Source: Haliea sp. (GTDB lineage Bacteria; Pseudomonadota; Gammaproteobacteria; Pseudomonadales; Halieaceae). From it: 64,000 nucleotides of DNA. The stretch lies in assembly GCF_040222615.1 (NCBI RefSeq), contig NZ_JAVKCQ010000019.1:21979-85978 (forward strand), written 5' to 3'. The notes under the pieces are model-generated. The model had not been told where the DNA came from. It saw nothing but the letters and a program-made list of their open reading frames with translations, and searched no databases. The position numbers and the translations under genes were made by a program. This document shows positions 17,190 to 25,853 of the stretch, one piece after another; positions within the stretch are counted from its first letter, which is position 1, and every line of letters begins with the position of its first letter.

Positions 17190-19073
17190 CTATGCTAGCG
17201 CGACTGCCTGGATAGAAGAAGAGGGCGCAGGCACAAGTTCGTCAATTACACCCCGCAACCAACTGCCACCGTCGGCATCCTTGAGTATGTCGCCCACGCC
17301 CCCGGGGTGCCGGATCCGGAGGCTGCAGTCGGTGCTGGCAAAATCCCCGGGCGCCGGCAGGTTCATGGACGACAGGGCGGCACATACCCGGTCGGCCCGA
17401 AAATCGAAGCTTGCCACCAGTTCCTGCTCACCGCCGCTGCGGGGGCACAGCGCACTGTCGAGTGCCAGCACCTGCAGCGCCGCCGTCGGGTCGCTGTGGT
17501 TTTGCCGGCAGTGCTCCTCCAGCAGTGCGGCCAGAATTTTGTACAGACGCTCCCGGTCCGCCAGCGCCGCCAGGTAAATGGCATTGCGGTTTTCGTAGAG
17601 GGACATGCGGTCGCTCGCGTCCAGGGTCACCAGCGTCGTCCGCAGTGACCCCACCACTGCCCGCAGGCACTCCCGCAACAGGGGTGACACCGGTACCTCG
17701 CCCTGCAGCGCCAGCAGCCGCGTGGTCAGCGGCATGATATGGCCATGGACCAGCAGGATGTGGGCGCTGATCAGGAAGTAGCCCTCCTCGCCCTCGTCCC
17801 GGGAAAAACTGTGGCAGCCAACTACATATTCACCCTTGGCCTTGCCGTAGCCCGCCACCGGTATCGCCTCGATGCGGTACTCATCCCGGCGGGCGTAGAA
17901 CTCGGTGCCGGGCAACAGGGTGTAGCCGAAGATATTGATATTCGGGAAGGTAGCCAGCAGGGTGTCCAGATTGCGTTCGAAGTCCGCCAGGTTGTCTCCG
18001 GGCAGGCCCCAGATCAGTTCTGCGGCGATAGGCACGCCCTGCTCTGACATCTGCCTGGCGATGGGCTGGTACTCGTTGGCGCTCATGTTCTGGCGGTTGC
18101 TCAGGCGCAGTGCCTCCGGGGTCAGGGTCTGCAGCGCCAGCTGGTAGTGCGGCAGCAGCTGGTTGCGGTGCAGCAGGAGGGCGATTTCCTGTACCTGGCG
18201 GCTGTGTTTCTTGGACCAGGAGGTGGCGAAGCTGCGCGGCAGGCCGCTGCGCTGCTTTAATTCCACAATCATCTGCGCCTTGGCCAGGTCCTGTTTCAGG
18301 GCGCCAAAATTGGAGTCTGCGAGCCAGATGTTGGCGATGCCGGCGGCGGTGATCTTCTCCCAATCGTCGCGGATCCGCGGCAGGGACCACTGGTACATCT
18401 TGCTGCCAATGGCGCCGGTGCCCCATTCGCAAAAAGCGCATTTGAAGGGGCAGCCGCGGCTGGTTTCATAGGCGATGGCGTCATAGCGGGGGGATCCGTC
18501 CGGGTGAGTCAGTTCCAGCACATCAAGCGGCGAGGGAAACCGGTCCAGCTCCTGGCAGCGCGCCCGGGCCCGGGTGCGCACCACGCGCCCGCCGTCGAGA
18601 AAGGCCAGGCCGTCGATCTCGTGCCAGGCACTTTTACCGTTGCTGTCGAGGAATTCCTGGAAGGTCACTTCGGCCTCGCCCATGAAGATGACATCCAGCG
18701 CCTCGGCCCCAAGATAGTCCTCCGCCTGCTGCACATGGGGGCCGCCGGCGACCAGGGTCAGCTCCGGCGCCAGCGCCCGCAGCTGGCGAGCAAGGGCCAG
18801 GAATTCGGCCGCATTCCAGGTGTATACGCTGAAGCCCAGCACTGGCTCGAGGCCGCTGGCGATGGCCTCCGCCACCAGCGCCGGACCGGAAACCTGCCAC
18901 GCCGCCAGCCAGCAAGCGATGTCGTCCGAGTGCTGGAAATGCACCAGGTCAATGCGGGTCGACGTTGCCCGGGCGCCGTAGCGGCGGTAGAAAGAGGCCA
19001 GCCCGGCGGTCGTGGTGGGTGGTGCGTTGAACTGCTCTGAGTCCATGCTCAGTAGCCAGACGGGTCGCTGCAA
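17190..19073 (-). CDS. Cobalamin-binding-domain radical SAM enzyme
   Basis: B12-binding domain (GFSVYTWN, VAGGPHV, GEAE), ETSRGCPFKCAFCEW (CxxxCxxC), ADSNFG, ELIWGLPG. TTG start. Confidence 0.9.
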   Translation of the reverse strand: MQRPVWLLSMDSEQFNAPPTTTAGLASFYRRYGARATSTRIDLVHFQHSDDIACWLAAWQVSGPALVAEAIASGLEPVLGFSVYTWNAAEFLALARQLRALAPELTLVAGGPHVQQAEDYLGAEALDVIFMGEAEVTFQEFLDSNGKSAWHEIDGLAFLDGGRVVRTRARARCQELDRFPSPLDVLELTHPDGSPRYDAIAYETSRGCPFKCAFCEWGTGAIGSKMYQWSLPRIRDDWEKITAAGIANIWLADSNFGALKQDLAKAQMIVELKQRSGLPRSFATSWSKKHSRQVQEIALLLHRNQLLPHYQLALQTLTPEALRLSNRQNMSANEYQPIARQMSEQGVPIAAELIWGLPGDNLADFERNLDTLLATFPNINIFGYTLLPGTEFYARRDEYRIEAIPVAGYGKAKGEYVVGCHSFSRDEGEEGYFLISAHILLVHGHIMPLTTRLLALQGEVPVSPLLRECLRAVVGSLRTTLVTLDASDRMSLYENRNAIYLAALADRERLYKILAALLEEHCRQNHSDPTAALQVLALDSALCPRSGGEQELVASFDFRADRVCAALSSMNLPAPGDFASTDCSLRIRHPGGVGDILKDADGGSWLRGVIDELVPAPSSSIQAVALA

Positions 19074-19182
19074 GTGCGTTGCTCCAGGGACTTGGGGTCA
19101 GGGCAATGTAGCGAATCGAGGCATGTTTGCCTACCGGTCATTAGCAGATAAGCTGTGCGGAACTGCCCGGAGAGAACTGATC

Positions 19183-20028
19183 TTGGATACGGAACTGCTG
19201 CGCACTTTCCTCGAGGTGTGCAATACCCGCCATTTTGGCCGCGCCGCCGAAAGCCTGTTCATCACCCAGGCGGCGGTCAGTGCGCGGATCAAGCAGCTGG
19301 AGGAGGCGCTGGGCGTGACCCTGTTCATCCGTCACCGCAACAACATCCAGCTCAGCAGCGAAGGTGAGCGCCTGGTGCCCCATGCGGAAACCGTGTTGCT
19401 GGCGCTGGCCCGCGCCCGCGAGGAGGTGCGGCTGGAAGACGCCCGCAGCAGCCAGTTCTATCTCGGGGTGCGGATTGGTATCTGGAGCCATCCTCTGCAG
19501 CAGCGCCTGCACGCCCTGCATCGGGAGGCCGCGGACCTGGCTCTGCGGATTGAAAGCCGCGAGTCCGGTGAATTGATTCGCAAGCTGCTCGAACGCACCC
19601 TGGACCTGGCCATCGCCTATGAGCCGCCCGGTGTGCCGGAGCTGGAGAGTGTGCCGATCGGCCGTCTGACCCTGCGCCTGTACAGCTCCCGGCCAGATGA
19701 CACGCTGGAAGAAGCGCTGGCCGGTAATTACGTGTTCCTGGACTGGGGCGGCGGCTTTGCCCGCTTTCACGCCAAGCGCTTCGGCGAACAGCGGCCGCCG
19801 CGCCTGTACACCAACCTCAACGGGCTGGCCAGCGACTTCCTGACCGAATTTGGCGGCGCCTGTTTCCTGCCGGCGAGCCTGCTGGATTCCCTGGGGGGTA
19901 TGGGCCTGACGCCTGTCGCCACGGCGCCCAGCTTCAGTCGACCGCTGAATCTTGTCTACCACAGCAGCTCACCCAAGCGCGCCCAGATTGACCGGGTGGC
20001 AAGGTATTTCCAGGGGGTGGAGGTCTAA
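19183..20028 (+). CDS. hdfR: LysR-family regulator HdfR-like
   Basis: TTG start after GGAGAG gives MDTELLRTFLEVCNTRHFGRAAESLFITQAAVSARIKQLE, the HdfR N-terminal signature. 281 aa. Confidence 0.8.
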   Translation: MDTELLRTFLEVCNTRHFGRAAESLFITQAAVSARIKQLEEALGVTLFIRHRNNIQLSSEGERLVPHAETVLLALARAREEVRLEDARSSQFYLGVRIGIWSHPLQQRLHALHREAADLALRIESRESGELIRKLLERTLDLAIAYEPPGVPELESVPIGRLTLRLYSSRPDDTLEEALAGNYVFLDWGGGFARFHAKRFGEQRPPRLYTNLNGLASDFLTEFGGACFLPASLLDSLGGMGLTPVATAPSFSRPLNLVYHSSSPKRAQIDRVARYFQGVEV

Positions 20029-20036
20029 CAGGGGGT

Positions 20037-20065
20037 AAAAAAGAGGGTCGCTGTCGCGAGCGACC
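20037..20065 (-). terminator. Rho-independent terminator of the small acidic-protein gene
   Basis: On minus: GGTCGCT-CGCGAC-AGCGACC followed by CTCTTTTTT. Confidence 0.7.
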
Positions 20066-20117
20066 TGCTCCGGTGCCGGCAGAAAGACGGGTGCACAGGG
20101 GCACCCGCCAGCGGGGA

Positions 20118-20339
20118 CTAGAAGTCCCCGAGTTCCAGGTCGTAGTAGCCCAGCTCTTCGCGCAAACGCCGCTGTTCTATGCGCTGTTCTGCACGGCGAC
20201 GTTTTTCGGCGAGGCGCTGTTTCTCGGTGGAAACCGTGACGACCTCGTCAAAATCGTCGTCTGCCATATCGAGCAGTGCGGGCTCGAATATATCGTCGAG
20301 ACCATCACTGCTGGCGGGCTCTTGTGTGCGTTCAGTCAT
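20118..20339 (-). CDS. Small acidic/basic protein, PA3496-like
   Basis: RBS GGAGGTGA, acidic N-half, KRRRAEQRIEQRRLREELGYYD C-terminus, own terminator. Confidence 0.7.
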   Translation of the reverse strand: MTERTQEPASSDGLDDIFEPALLDMADDDFDEVVTVSTEKQRLAEKRRRAEQRIEQRRLREELGYYDLELGDF

Positions 20340-20475
20340 AAATCACCTCCGGACGATTTACAGCCTTGAATTTCGGCGCAATATCACTCAGTGATTTCAG
20401 CGAGTAAATCAAAATTTTATTGGATTTGTGACAAAAATATTTTGTCGATTGGGCTGCTGGGCAATAGTTGTTTAT

Positions 20476-20570
20476 GGAAAGGCGGCCCGTGCCCTACCCT
20501 GGGCTCCCTGCACTCGCGGCTACGTCCCTGTAGTCTGTCGTCCCTGACGGTGTTGCCAGCGGGCCGCCTG
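20476..20570 (-). ncRNA. Candidate CsrA/RsmA-binding small RNA (Csr/Rsm-like)
   Basis: 9-bp closing stem GGCGGCCCG/CGGGCCGCC enclosing three CAGGGA motifs, two in hairpin loops (GTC-AGGGAC-GAC; CTAC-AGGGAC-GTAG). Starts at the predicted +1 of a sigma54 promoter and is followed by UUUCC. Confidence 0.55.
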
Positions 20571-20580
20571 CACTAAAGAG

Positions 20581-20596
20581 AGCAAGAGCCGTGCCA
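20581..20596 (-). promoter_or_regulatory. sigma54 (RpoN) -24/-12 promoter
   Basis: TGGCACGGCTCTTGCT on minus fits TGGCACG-N4-TTGCW with the exact 10-bp GG-to-GC spacing. Confidence 0.75.
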
Positions 20597-20696
20597 GCTA
20601 CCAGTGAGGGCAAGAGCCCGCGCTAGCGGCGATTCGGGGGTCAGTGTGCTGTCCGACACCGCGTCTGCGTACGTGTCCGGCCATGTCCGGGGAGCA

Positions 20697-21221
20697 TCAG
20701 CTGGCGCCCCGCACCCGCGCCAGGATCTCGAGGGCGATTTCCTGCGGGTCGCGCTGCCCGGCTGCAATGGTGATGTCTGCGTGCCGTTCGTATAGAGGTG
20801 TGCGCTCGCGATAGACATCGGCAAAGGTGTGGCCGGCGTCGCTGGCAATGCCGCGTGGCGGCGCAGCCGCGACACGCGCCTCCAGCACCGCCAGCGGCAC
20901 ATTGAGGTAGATCACCGGCCCTGCCCGGCGCAGGCGCTGCATGATGCGGTCACTGTAGACCACGCTGCCACCGGTGGCGATGATGCTGTTTTCCAGGGGC
21001 ACCGACAGCAGAACCTCTTCTTCCAGCCCGCGCAGGGCGATATGGCCGCGGCTGTCGATGATCTCCTGCAGGGTGGCGCCCGCCCGGAGCTGGATTTCCA
21101 GGTCGGTGTCGTTGAAGGCGAGTCCTGCGAGCTTTGCCAGCAATACGCCCACGGTACTTTTGCCTGCACCGGGCATGCCGATCAGGCTGATGGTGCGCGC
21201 CTGCGCCGGGTCGTTCGCCAT
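20697..21221 (-). CDS. Shikimate kinase (stand-alone)
   Basis: ISLIGMPGAGKSTVG, DTD, IIATGGSVV, VIYL, R..LYE..AD. Confidence 0.88.
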   Translation of the reverse strand: MANDPAQARTISLIGMPGAGKSTVGVLLAKLAGLAFNDTDLEIQLRAGATLQEIIDSRGHIALRGLEEEVLLSVPLENSIIATGGSVVYSDRIMQRLRRAGPVIYLNVPLAVLEARVAAAPPRGIASDAGHTFADVYRERTPLYERHADITIAAGQRDPQEIALEILARVRGAS

Positions 21222-21358
21222 GATGGTGTTCCTGCTGTCGGGGAGGCGGCATTATCGACGTTCCCGCCCCTGCCGCAAAGCCCCGTGCCTTGCGCGGGGA
21301 GTGTCCTCTGGGTAGAGTGCCCGCTTGCTCTTCCACCAGCCCAAGCCGAGACTCTGCC

Positions 21359-22468
21359 ATGACCCTGCTGCACACCCCCCTGGACGCCCTGCACCGCGAA
21401 CTGGGTGCCCGCATGGTGCCTTTTGCCGGTTACGACATGCCGGTGCAGTACCCTGCTGGTATTATCAAGGAGCATCTGCATACCCGGCAGGCGGCGGGGC
21501 TGTTCGACGTGTCTCATATGGGGCAGGTCGTGCTGTCCGGCCCGGGATCCGCGGAACTGCTGGAGACCCTGGTGCCGGCGGATGTCGTTGGCCTGGGGGA
21601 CAACCGGCAGACCTATGCCCTGTTCACCAACAGCAGCGGAGGGGTGCTGGACGACCTGATCATCACCCGCTGGGGGCCGGACACCTTCTTTCTGGTAGTG
21701 AATGCCGGGTGCAAGGAGCAGGATATCGCCCACTTGCGTGCGCATCTGGAGGGCCAGACGCTTGAGGTGATGGCGGACCACGCCCTGCTGGCGTTACAGG
21801 GGCCCGCCGCCCGCGAGGTCATGGGTCGACTCTGTCCCGAGGCTTCGGCACTCACCTTCATGCGCGGCACGCGGGCGCGCATTGACGGGGTGGACCTGTA
21901 TATCACCTGTTCCGGCTACACCGGCGAGGACGGCTTCGAGCTGTCCCTGCCCGCGGCCAGCGCGGAGAGAATCGCACGCCTGTTGCTGGCGCAGCCGGAG
22001 GTCGAGCCCATTGGCCTGGGTGCCCGCGACTCCCTGCGCCTCGAGGCGGGCCTGTGTCTGTATGGGCACGAGCTCAGCCCCGCCATTGACCCTGTGCAGG
22101 CCGGCCTGGTCTGGTCCATCGGCAAGGCGCGCCGCCCTGGCGGTGACCGCCCCGCCGGGTTTCCCGGCGCTGACAGGATTTTCCAGCTTATCGAGCACAA
22201 GCCACCGCTGCGCCGGGTCGGCCTGGTAGTCGACGGCAAGCGCCCGGTGCGGGAGGGGCAGACGGTGCTCGACCGCAACGGTGAGCAGGTCGGTGAAATC
22301 TGTTCGGCGTGCTTTGGCGCCAGTGTCGGCGTGCCGATTGCCATCGCCTATGTGGCCAGGGATGACGCCGAACCGGGTACGCAGCTGGTGGTGGATGTGC
22401 GCGGCAAGCCGGTGGCGGTCACTGTGGCGAAGATGCCCTTCGTGCCCCAGCGCTACTTCCGCGGCTGA
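21359..22468 (+). CDS. gcvT: Glycine cleavage system aminomethyltransferase T
   Basis: TPL..LH..LGARMVPFAGYDMPVQY, GLFDVSHMGQ, GYTGEDGFE, GLGARDSLRLEAG, PFVPQRY. Confidence 0.92.
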   Translation: MTLLHTPLDALHRELGARMVPFAGYDMPVQYPAGIIKEHLHTRQAAGLFDVSHMGQVVLSGPGSAELLETLVPADVVGLGDNRQTYALFTNSSGGVLDDLIITRWGPDTFFLVVNAGCKEQDIAHLRAHLEGQTLEVMADHALLALQGPAAREVMGRLCPEASALTFMRGTRARIDGVDLYITCSGYTGEDGFELSLPAASAERIARLLLAQPEVEPIGLGARDSLRLEAGLCLYGHELSPAIDPVQAGLVWSIGKARRPGGDRPAGFPGADRIFQLIEHKPPLRRVGLVVDGKRPVREGQTVLDRNGEQVGEICSACFGASVGVPIAIAYVARDDAEPGTQLVVDVRGKPVAVTVAKMPFVPQRYFRG

Positions 22469-22480
22469 ATCCGTTTGCGG

Positions 22481-23047
22481 TCAGTGGGCCCAGGCTCGCA
22501 GGGTCCGGAACTGCTGTGACAGGTAATCCATCTGGTCTGCCAGCACCCGCTCCTTGGCCAGGAAATGCCACTCCCAGGTGTTGGGCCGGAACGGCACCGC
22601 CAGCAGGGGCATGCCGGCTTCCTCGGGTGTGCGGTTGTCCTTGGCCCAGTTGCAGCGACGGCAGGCGGCGACCACGTTTTCCCAGCGGTCGCGACCGCCG
22701 CGGGAAGTGGGCAGTACGTGGTCCCGGGTCAATTCCGCGCGGGCAAACTGCTGCCCGCAGTAGAGGCAGCGGTGGCCATCCCGGCGGAACAGGGTACGGT
22801 TGCACAGCGGCAGGCTGAAATCGCTGCGGATGCGGCCCTGCAGGGCGATGATCGGTTGCATGTCGATACGGGAGCGCAGGCCGGTGCGACGCTGTACTCC
22901 GCCCATCATCGGCGGCAAAGGGTCCCCGACGCCGTAGATGACGTCGCCGCGAGCGTAGGCGGTCAGGGCTTCGTGGGCCGTGATCCAACCGCGTGGTTGA
23001 CCCGCTACGTCCAGTTTCAGGATGTGCTGCATGGGTGGCCACTCCAT
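22481..23047 (-). CDS. HNH endonuclease (stand-alone, McrA-like HNH domain)
   Basis: LFRRDGHRCLYCG, TRDHVLP.SRGG...WENVVAACRRCN..K. Confidence 0.9.
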   Translation of the reverse strand: MEWPPMQHILKLDVAGQPRGWITAHEALTAYARGDVIYGVGDPLPPMMGGVQRRTGLRSRIDMQPIIALQGRIRSDFSLPLCNRTLFRRDGHRCLYCGQQFARAELTRDHVLPTSRGGRDRWENVVAACRRCNWAKDNRTPEEAGMPLLAVPFRPNTWEWHFLAKERVLADQMDYLSQQFRTLRAWAH

Positions 23048-23158
23048 GGTTTGCCTTACGCTACTGCAAAAGTGTGACTTTCACAATCCTGCAAAGTGTG
23101 TACTCTGCAGGGCAAGCCGAAATGGGTCAGGATCAGCCGACACAGCGGAGAGCGTGTG

Positions 23159-24247
23159 GTGACGTTGCAGTGGATGTGGTTGTGCGCGATTGGCGGGTTG
23201 CTGTTGACGACCCTGCTGCCGCTGTCGCGTATTACCGCCTGGTGGGTTCGCGGTCTCGATTTCCCTCGCCTGCAATTGGCGGGGCTGGCCTGCACACTGC
23301 TGGTCGCCGGCGTCATACTGGGCCTGGCTCAGGGTTTCACACCGCCGCTGGTGATCGGCCTGTTGGCGTGTCTCGGCACCGTCGCCTTTCACGCCTGGTG
23401 GATTCTTCCCTACACCCGCCTGTGGCCGCAGGAAGTGCTCGCCGCCGATGGCGCGAAGCCCTGCCTGCGGCTGTTGACCGCGAATGTACTGACGCCGAAC
23501 CGGCAGGCGCAGCGCTTTCTCGACCTGGTTGGTGAAAATGCCCCGGACCTGGTGATCACGCTGGAATCCGATGCCTGGTGGCAGGCCCATCTGGACGCGC
23601 TTGAGCGCGACTACCCATTCAGCGTCAAAGTGCCCCAGGACAACCTCTACGGCATGCACCTGTATTCCCGCCTGCCGCTTGCGGACACGGAGATCGCCTT
23701 TCTCGTGGAAGACGAGGTGCCGTCAATTCACACCAGCGTGGTGATGTCGGATTCGGCGCGCCTGCGCCTGCATATCCTGCACCCGGCACCACCGAGCCCG
23801 ACCGAGAACGACGAATCCACTGAACGCGATGCGGAGCTGGTGGTCGTGGCCCAGTCGGTCGCGAAGGAGACGGGCCCGGTCGTCGTCACCGGCGATCTCA
23901 ACGATGTTGCCTGGTCCACCACCACGCGCCTGTTTCGCAAGATCAGCGGCCTGCTCGACCCCCGGGTGGGGCGCGGGATGTTCAACACCTTTCACGCGGA
24001 CTACCCGCTGCTGCGCTGGCCGCTGGATCATCTGTTTCACAGCGACCACTTTACAGTCAGTGAGTTGCGGCGGCTGCCGGCCTTCGGCTCGGACCATTTC
24101 GCCCTGTTGGTGGAGCTTTGCTACCAGCCCGGGCGCAAGGCTGCGCAGGAGGGATTGGAGGGCGATGCACAGGACCGCGCGCTGGCGCGGGAGAAAGCCG
24201 CGGCGGAGTCTGTCACCGCCGGGGATGTGCCGGTCCCGGGTCGATAG
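23159..24247 (+). CDS. Endonuclease/exonuclease/phosphatase-family protein with N-terminal TM helices
   Basis: TANV, LE, HPAPP, TGDLND, WPLDH, GSDHF motifs. GTG start after GGAG. Confidence 0.88.
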   Translation: MTLQWMWLCAIGGLLLTTLLPLSRITAWWVRGLDFPRLQLAGLACTLLVAGVILGLAQGFTPPLVIGLLACLGTVAFHAWWILPYTRLWPQEVLAADGAKPCLRLLTANVLTPNRQAQRFLDLVGENAPDLVITLESDAWWQAHLDALERDYPFSVKVPQDNLYGMHLYSRLPLADTEIAFLVEDEVPSIHTSVVMSDSARLRLHILHPAPPSPTENDESTERDAELVVVAQSVAKETGPVVVTGDLNDVAWSTTTRLFRKISGLLDPRVGRGMFNTFHADYPLLRWPLDHLFHSDHFTVSELRRLPAFGSDHFALLVELCYQPGRKAAQEGLEGDAQDRALAREKAAAESVTAGDVPVPGR

Positions 24248-24292
24248 TAGCCAACGTCCCCGGCCGCGCCAGGTACCGCGAACGGCGCACGC

Positions 24293-24904
24293 CTACTGCG
24301 CTGTCCAGCTCGCCTCCACCAGGGGAACGCCGCCGCCGAGGATCCGGCCCTGGAACTGTTGGCCGGCAAGCACCTCGCCCACCCCCGCCGGGGTCCCGGT
24401 CATCACGATGTCGCCGTCTTCCAGGCTCATGAAGCCAGCCAGGCTGTCGAGAATGGTCTGCGGTGGATACAGCATCAGGCGCACGCCGCCCTGCTGGCGC
24501 AACGCGCCGTCTATGCGCAGTTCCAGGGACAGCTGCTCGACCGGCACCGCCAGCGGCACGAATTCGCCGAGCAGGGCCGCGCCGTCGAAGGCCTTGGCGC
24601 GCTCCCAGGGCAGGCCTCTCTCTTTCAGTCGGGACTGCAGTCCGCGCTTGGTCAGGTCGAGACCGAAACCAACCGCCGCCAGCTTGCCGCCCTCGACCAG
24701 GAAGGCGATCTCACCCTCATAGTGCAGGGGTTCACCGCGGGCGGCGTACAGCGTGTCCCCCAGTGCCGAATTCGGTTTCAGGAAGACCACCATGTCCTCG
24801 GGCACTTCATTGCCCAGTTCTTCAATATGAGCCGCATAGTTGCGGCCGATGCAGACGATCTTGGAGGGCGCGATGGCGCGGCCCTGGCAGTGAATTGTGC
24901 GCAC
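24293..24904 (-). CDS. Fumarylacetoacetate hydrolase-family protein (YcgM-like)
   Basis: KIVCIGRNYAAHIEEL, VFLKP, HYEGE, DLTKR..Q, WERAKAFD, GDIVMTGTPAGVG. GTG start inferred. Confidence 0.9.
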   Translation of the reverse strand: MRTIHCQGRAIAPSKIVCIGRNYAAHIEELGNEVPEDMVVFLKPNSALGDTLYAARGEPLHYEGEIAFLVEGGKLAAVGFGLDLTKRGLQSRLKERGLPWERAKAFDGAALLGEFVPLAVPVEQLSLELRIDGALRQQGGVRLMLYPPQTILDSLAGFMSLEDGDIVMTGTPAGVGEVLAGQQFQGRILGGGVPLVEASWTAQ

Positions 24905-25010
24905 TAAAAAGGTCCCCGATGCGGTTTGGCGTGAAGGCTGTGGCATCATAGCGCGGTCGCCGGTGCCGGAAACAGTGGCTGCCGGCATGTTGTTTGCGCA
25001 AGGAGTGAGG

Positions 25011-25832
25011 ATGGAGCTTGTCGGTGAGTGGGGTCCCCTGGTGCTGGCAATGCTGGCCACCGGCATTGTTGCCGGTGTCATGGCCGGATTGCTGGGAGTG
25101 GGTGGCGGGATTGTTATTGTGCCAGTGCTGGATGTCGCCCTTGGCACCCAGGGCGTGGACCCGGCCATTCGCATGCATATTGCGGTGGCGACCTCGCTGG
25201 CGACGATCATTCTCACCTCGGTGTCATCGACCCGCGCGCATCACCAGCGCGGATCCGTTGACTTTGGCCTGGCGCGCAACTGGGGCGGCTATATCCTGGC
25301 GGGCTCAGTGCTTGGCGCGTGGCTGGCTTCGCACCTGCACAGCAATGTGCTGGCGTTGATCTTCGGCGCGGTGGCAGTGCTGCTGGGGCTGCGCATGCTG
25401 CTGCTGGGCGGTCGCAACCCGGAGCCGGTGGAGGAAACGCCCAGGGGCGCGGGGATCCGGCTGATCCCTCTGGGGATAGGTGGCCTGTCCAGCATGATGG
25501 GCATTGGCGGTGGCACTTTCAGCGTGCCTGTGCTGAGCCTGCTCGGACACAGGATTCACCGGGCGGTGGGCACCTCGGCACTGTTCGGCCTGCTGATCAG
25601 CGTGCCCGGCGCCATCGCCTTCGTGGCCACGGGCTGGGGTGACCCACGCCTGCCGCCCGGCAGCCTCGGCTTCGTCAACCTGCTGGGCCTGGCCTGTATT
25701 GCGCCCGCGACCATGCTGGCGGCACCCTACGGTGCACGCCTGGCCCATCGATTGAACGCTCGCCAGCTGAACCTCGCCTTTGGCATCTTCCTGCTCGTGG
25801 TGTCTGGCCGGATGCTGCTGCGGGCACTCTGA
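25011..25832 (+). CDS. TauE/SafE sulfite-exporter-family membrane protein
   Basis: AGLLGVGGGIVIVP, A.ATSLA.I, GIGGGTFSVP, AVGTS. Confidence 0.9.
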   Translation: MELVGEWGPLVLAMLATGIVAGVMAGLLGVGGGIVIVPVLDVALGTQGVDPAIRMHIAVATSLATIILTSVSSTRAHHQRGSVDFGLARNWGGYILAGSVLGAWLASHLHSNVLALIFGAVAVLLGLRMLLLGGRNPEPVEETPRGAGIRLIPLGIGGLSSMMGIGGGTFSVPVLSLLGHRIHRAVGTSALFGLLISVPGAIAFVATGWGDPRLPPGSLGFVNLLGLACIAPATMLAAPYGARLAHRLNARQLNLAFGIFLLVVSGRMLLRAL

Positions 25833-25853
25833 GCCGGATTGGGCCGGCCCCGC

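Noticed and set aside
21275-21289. sigma54-like GGCACGGGGCTTTGC (minus)
   Set aside because: GG-to-GC spacing is 11 rather than the required 10.
21222-21358. Glycine riboswitch upstream of gcvT
   Set aside because: The conserved GGAGA...CCGAAG...CTCTCAGG aptamer elements are not present and the space is short.
21359-22468. Orphan gcvT as DmdA or another demethylase
   Set aside because: The sequence has canonical GcvT motifs throughout; gcvH and gcvP may simply lie elsewhere.
22481-23047. HNH gene as an anti-phage defence system
   Set aside because: It is a stand-alone, widespread HNH type with no methylase, ATPase or other defence partner, and sits among housekeeping genes.
23073-23085. 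CRP site
   Set aside because: The half-sites are separated by 3 bp instead of 6; kept only as an unknown operator.
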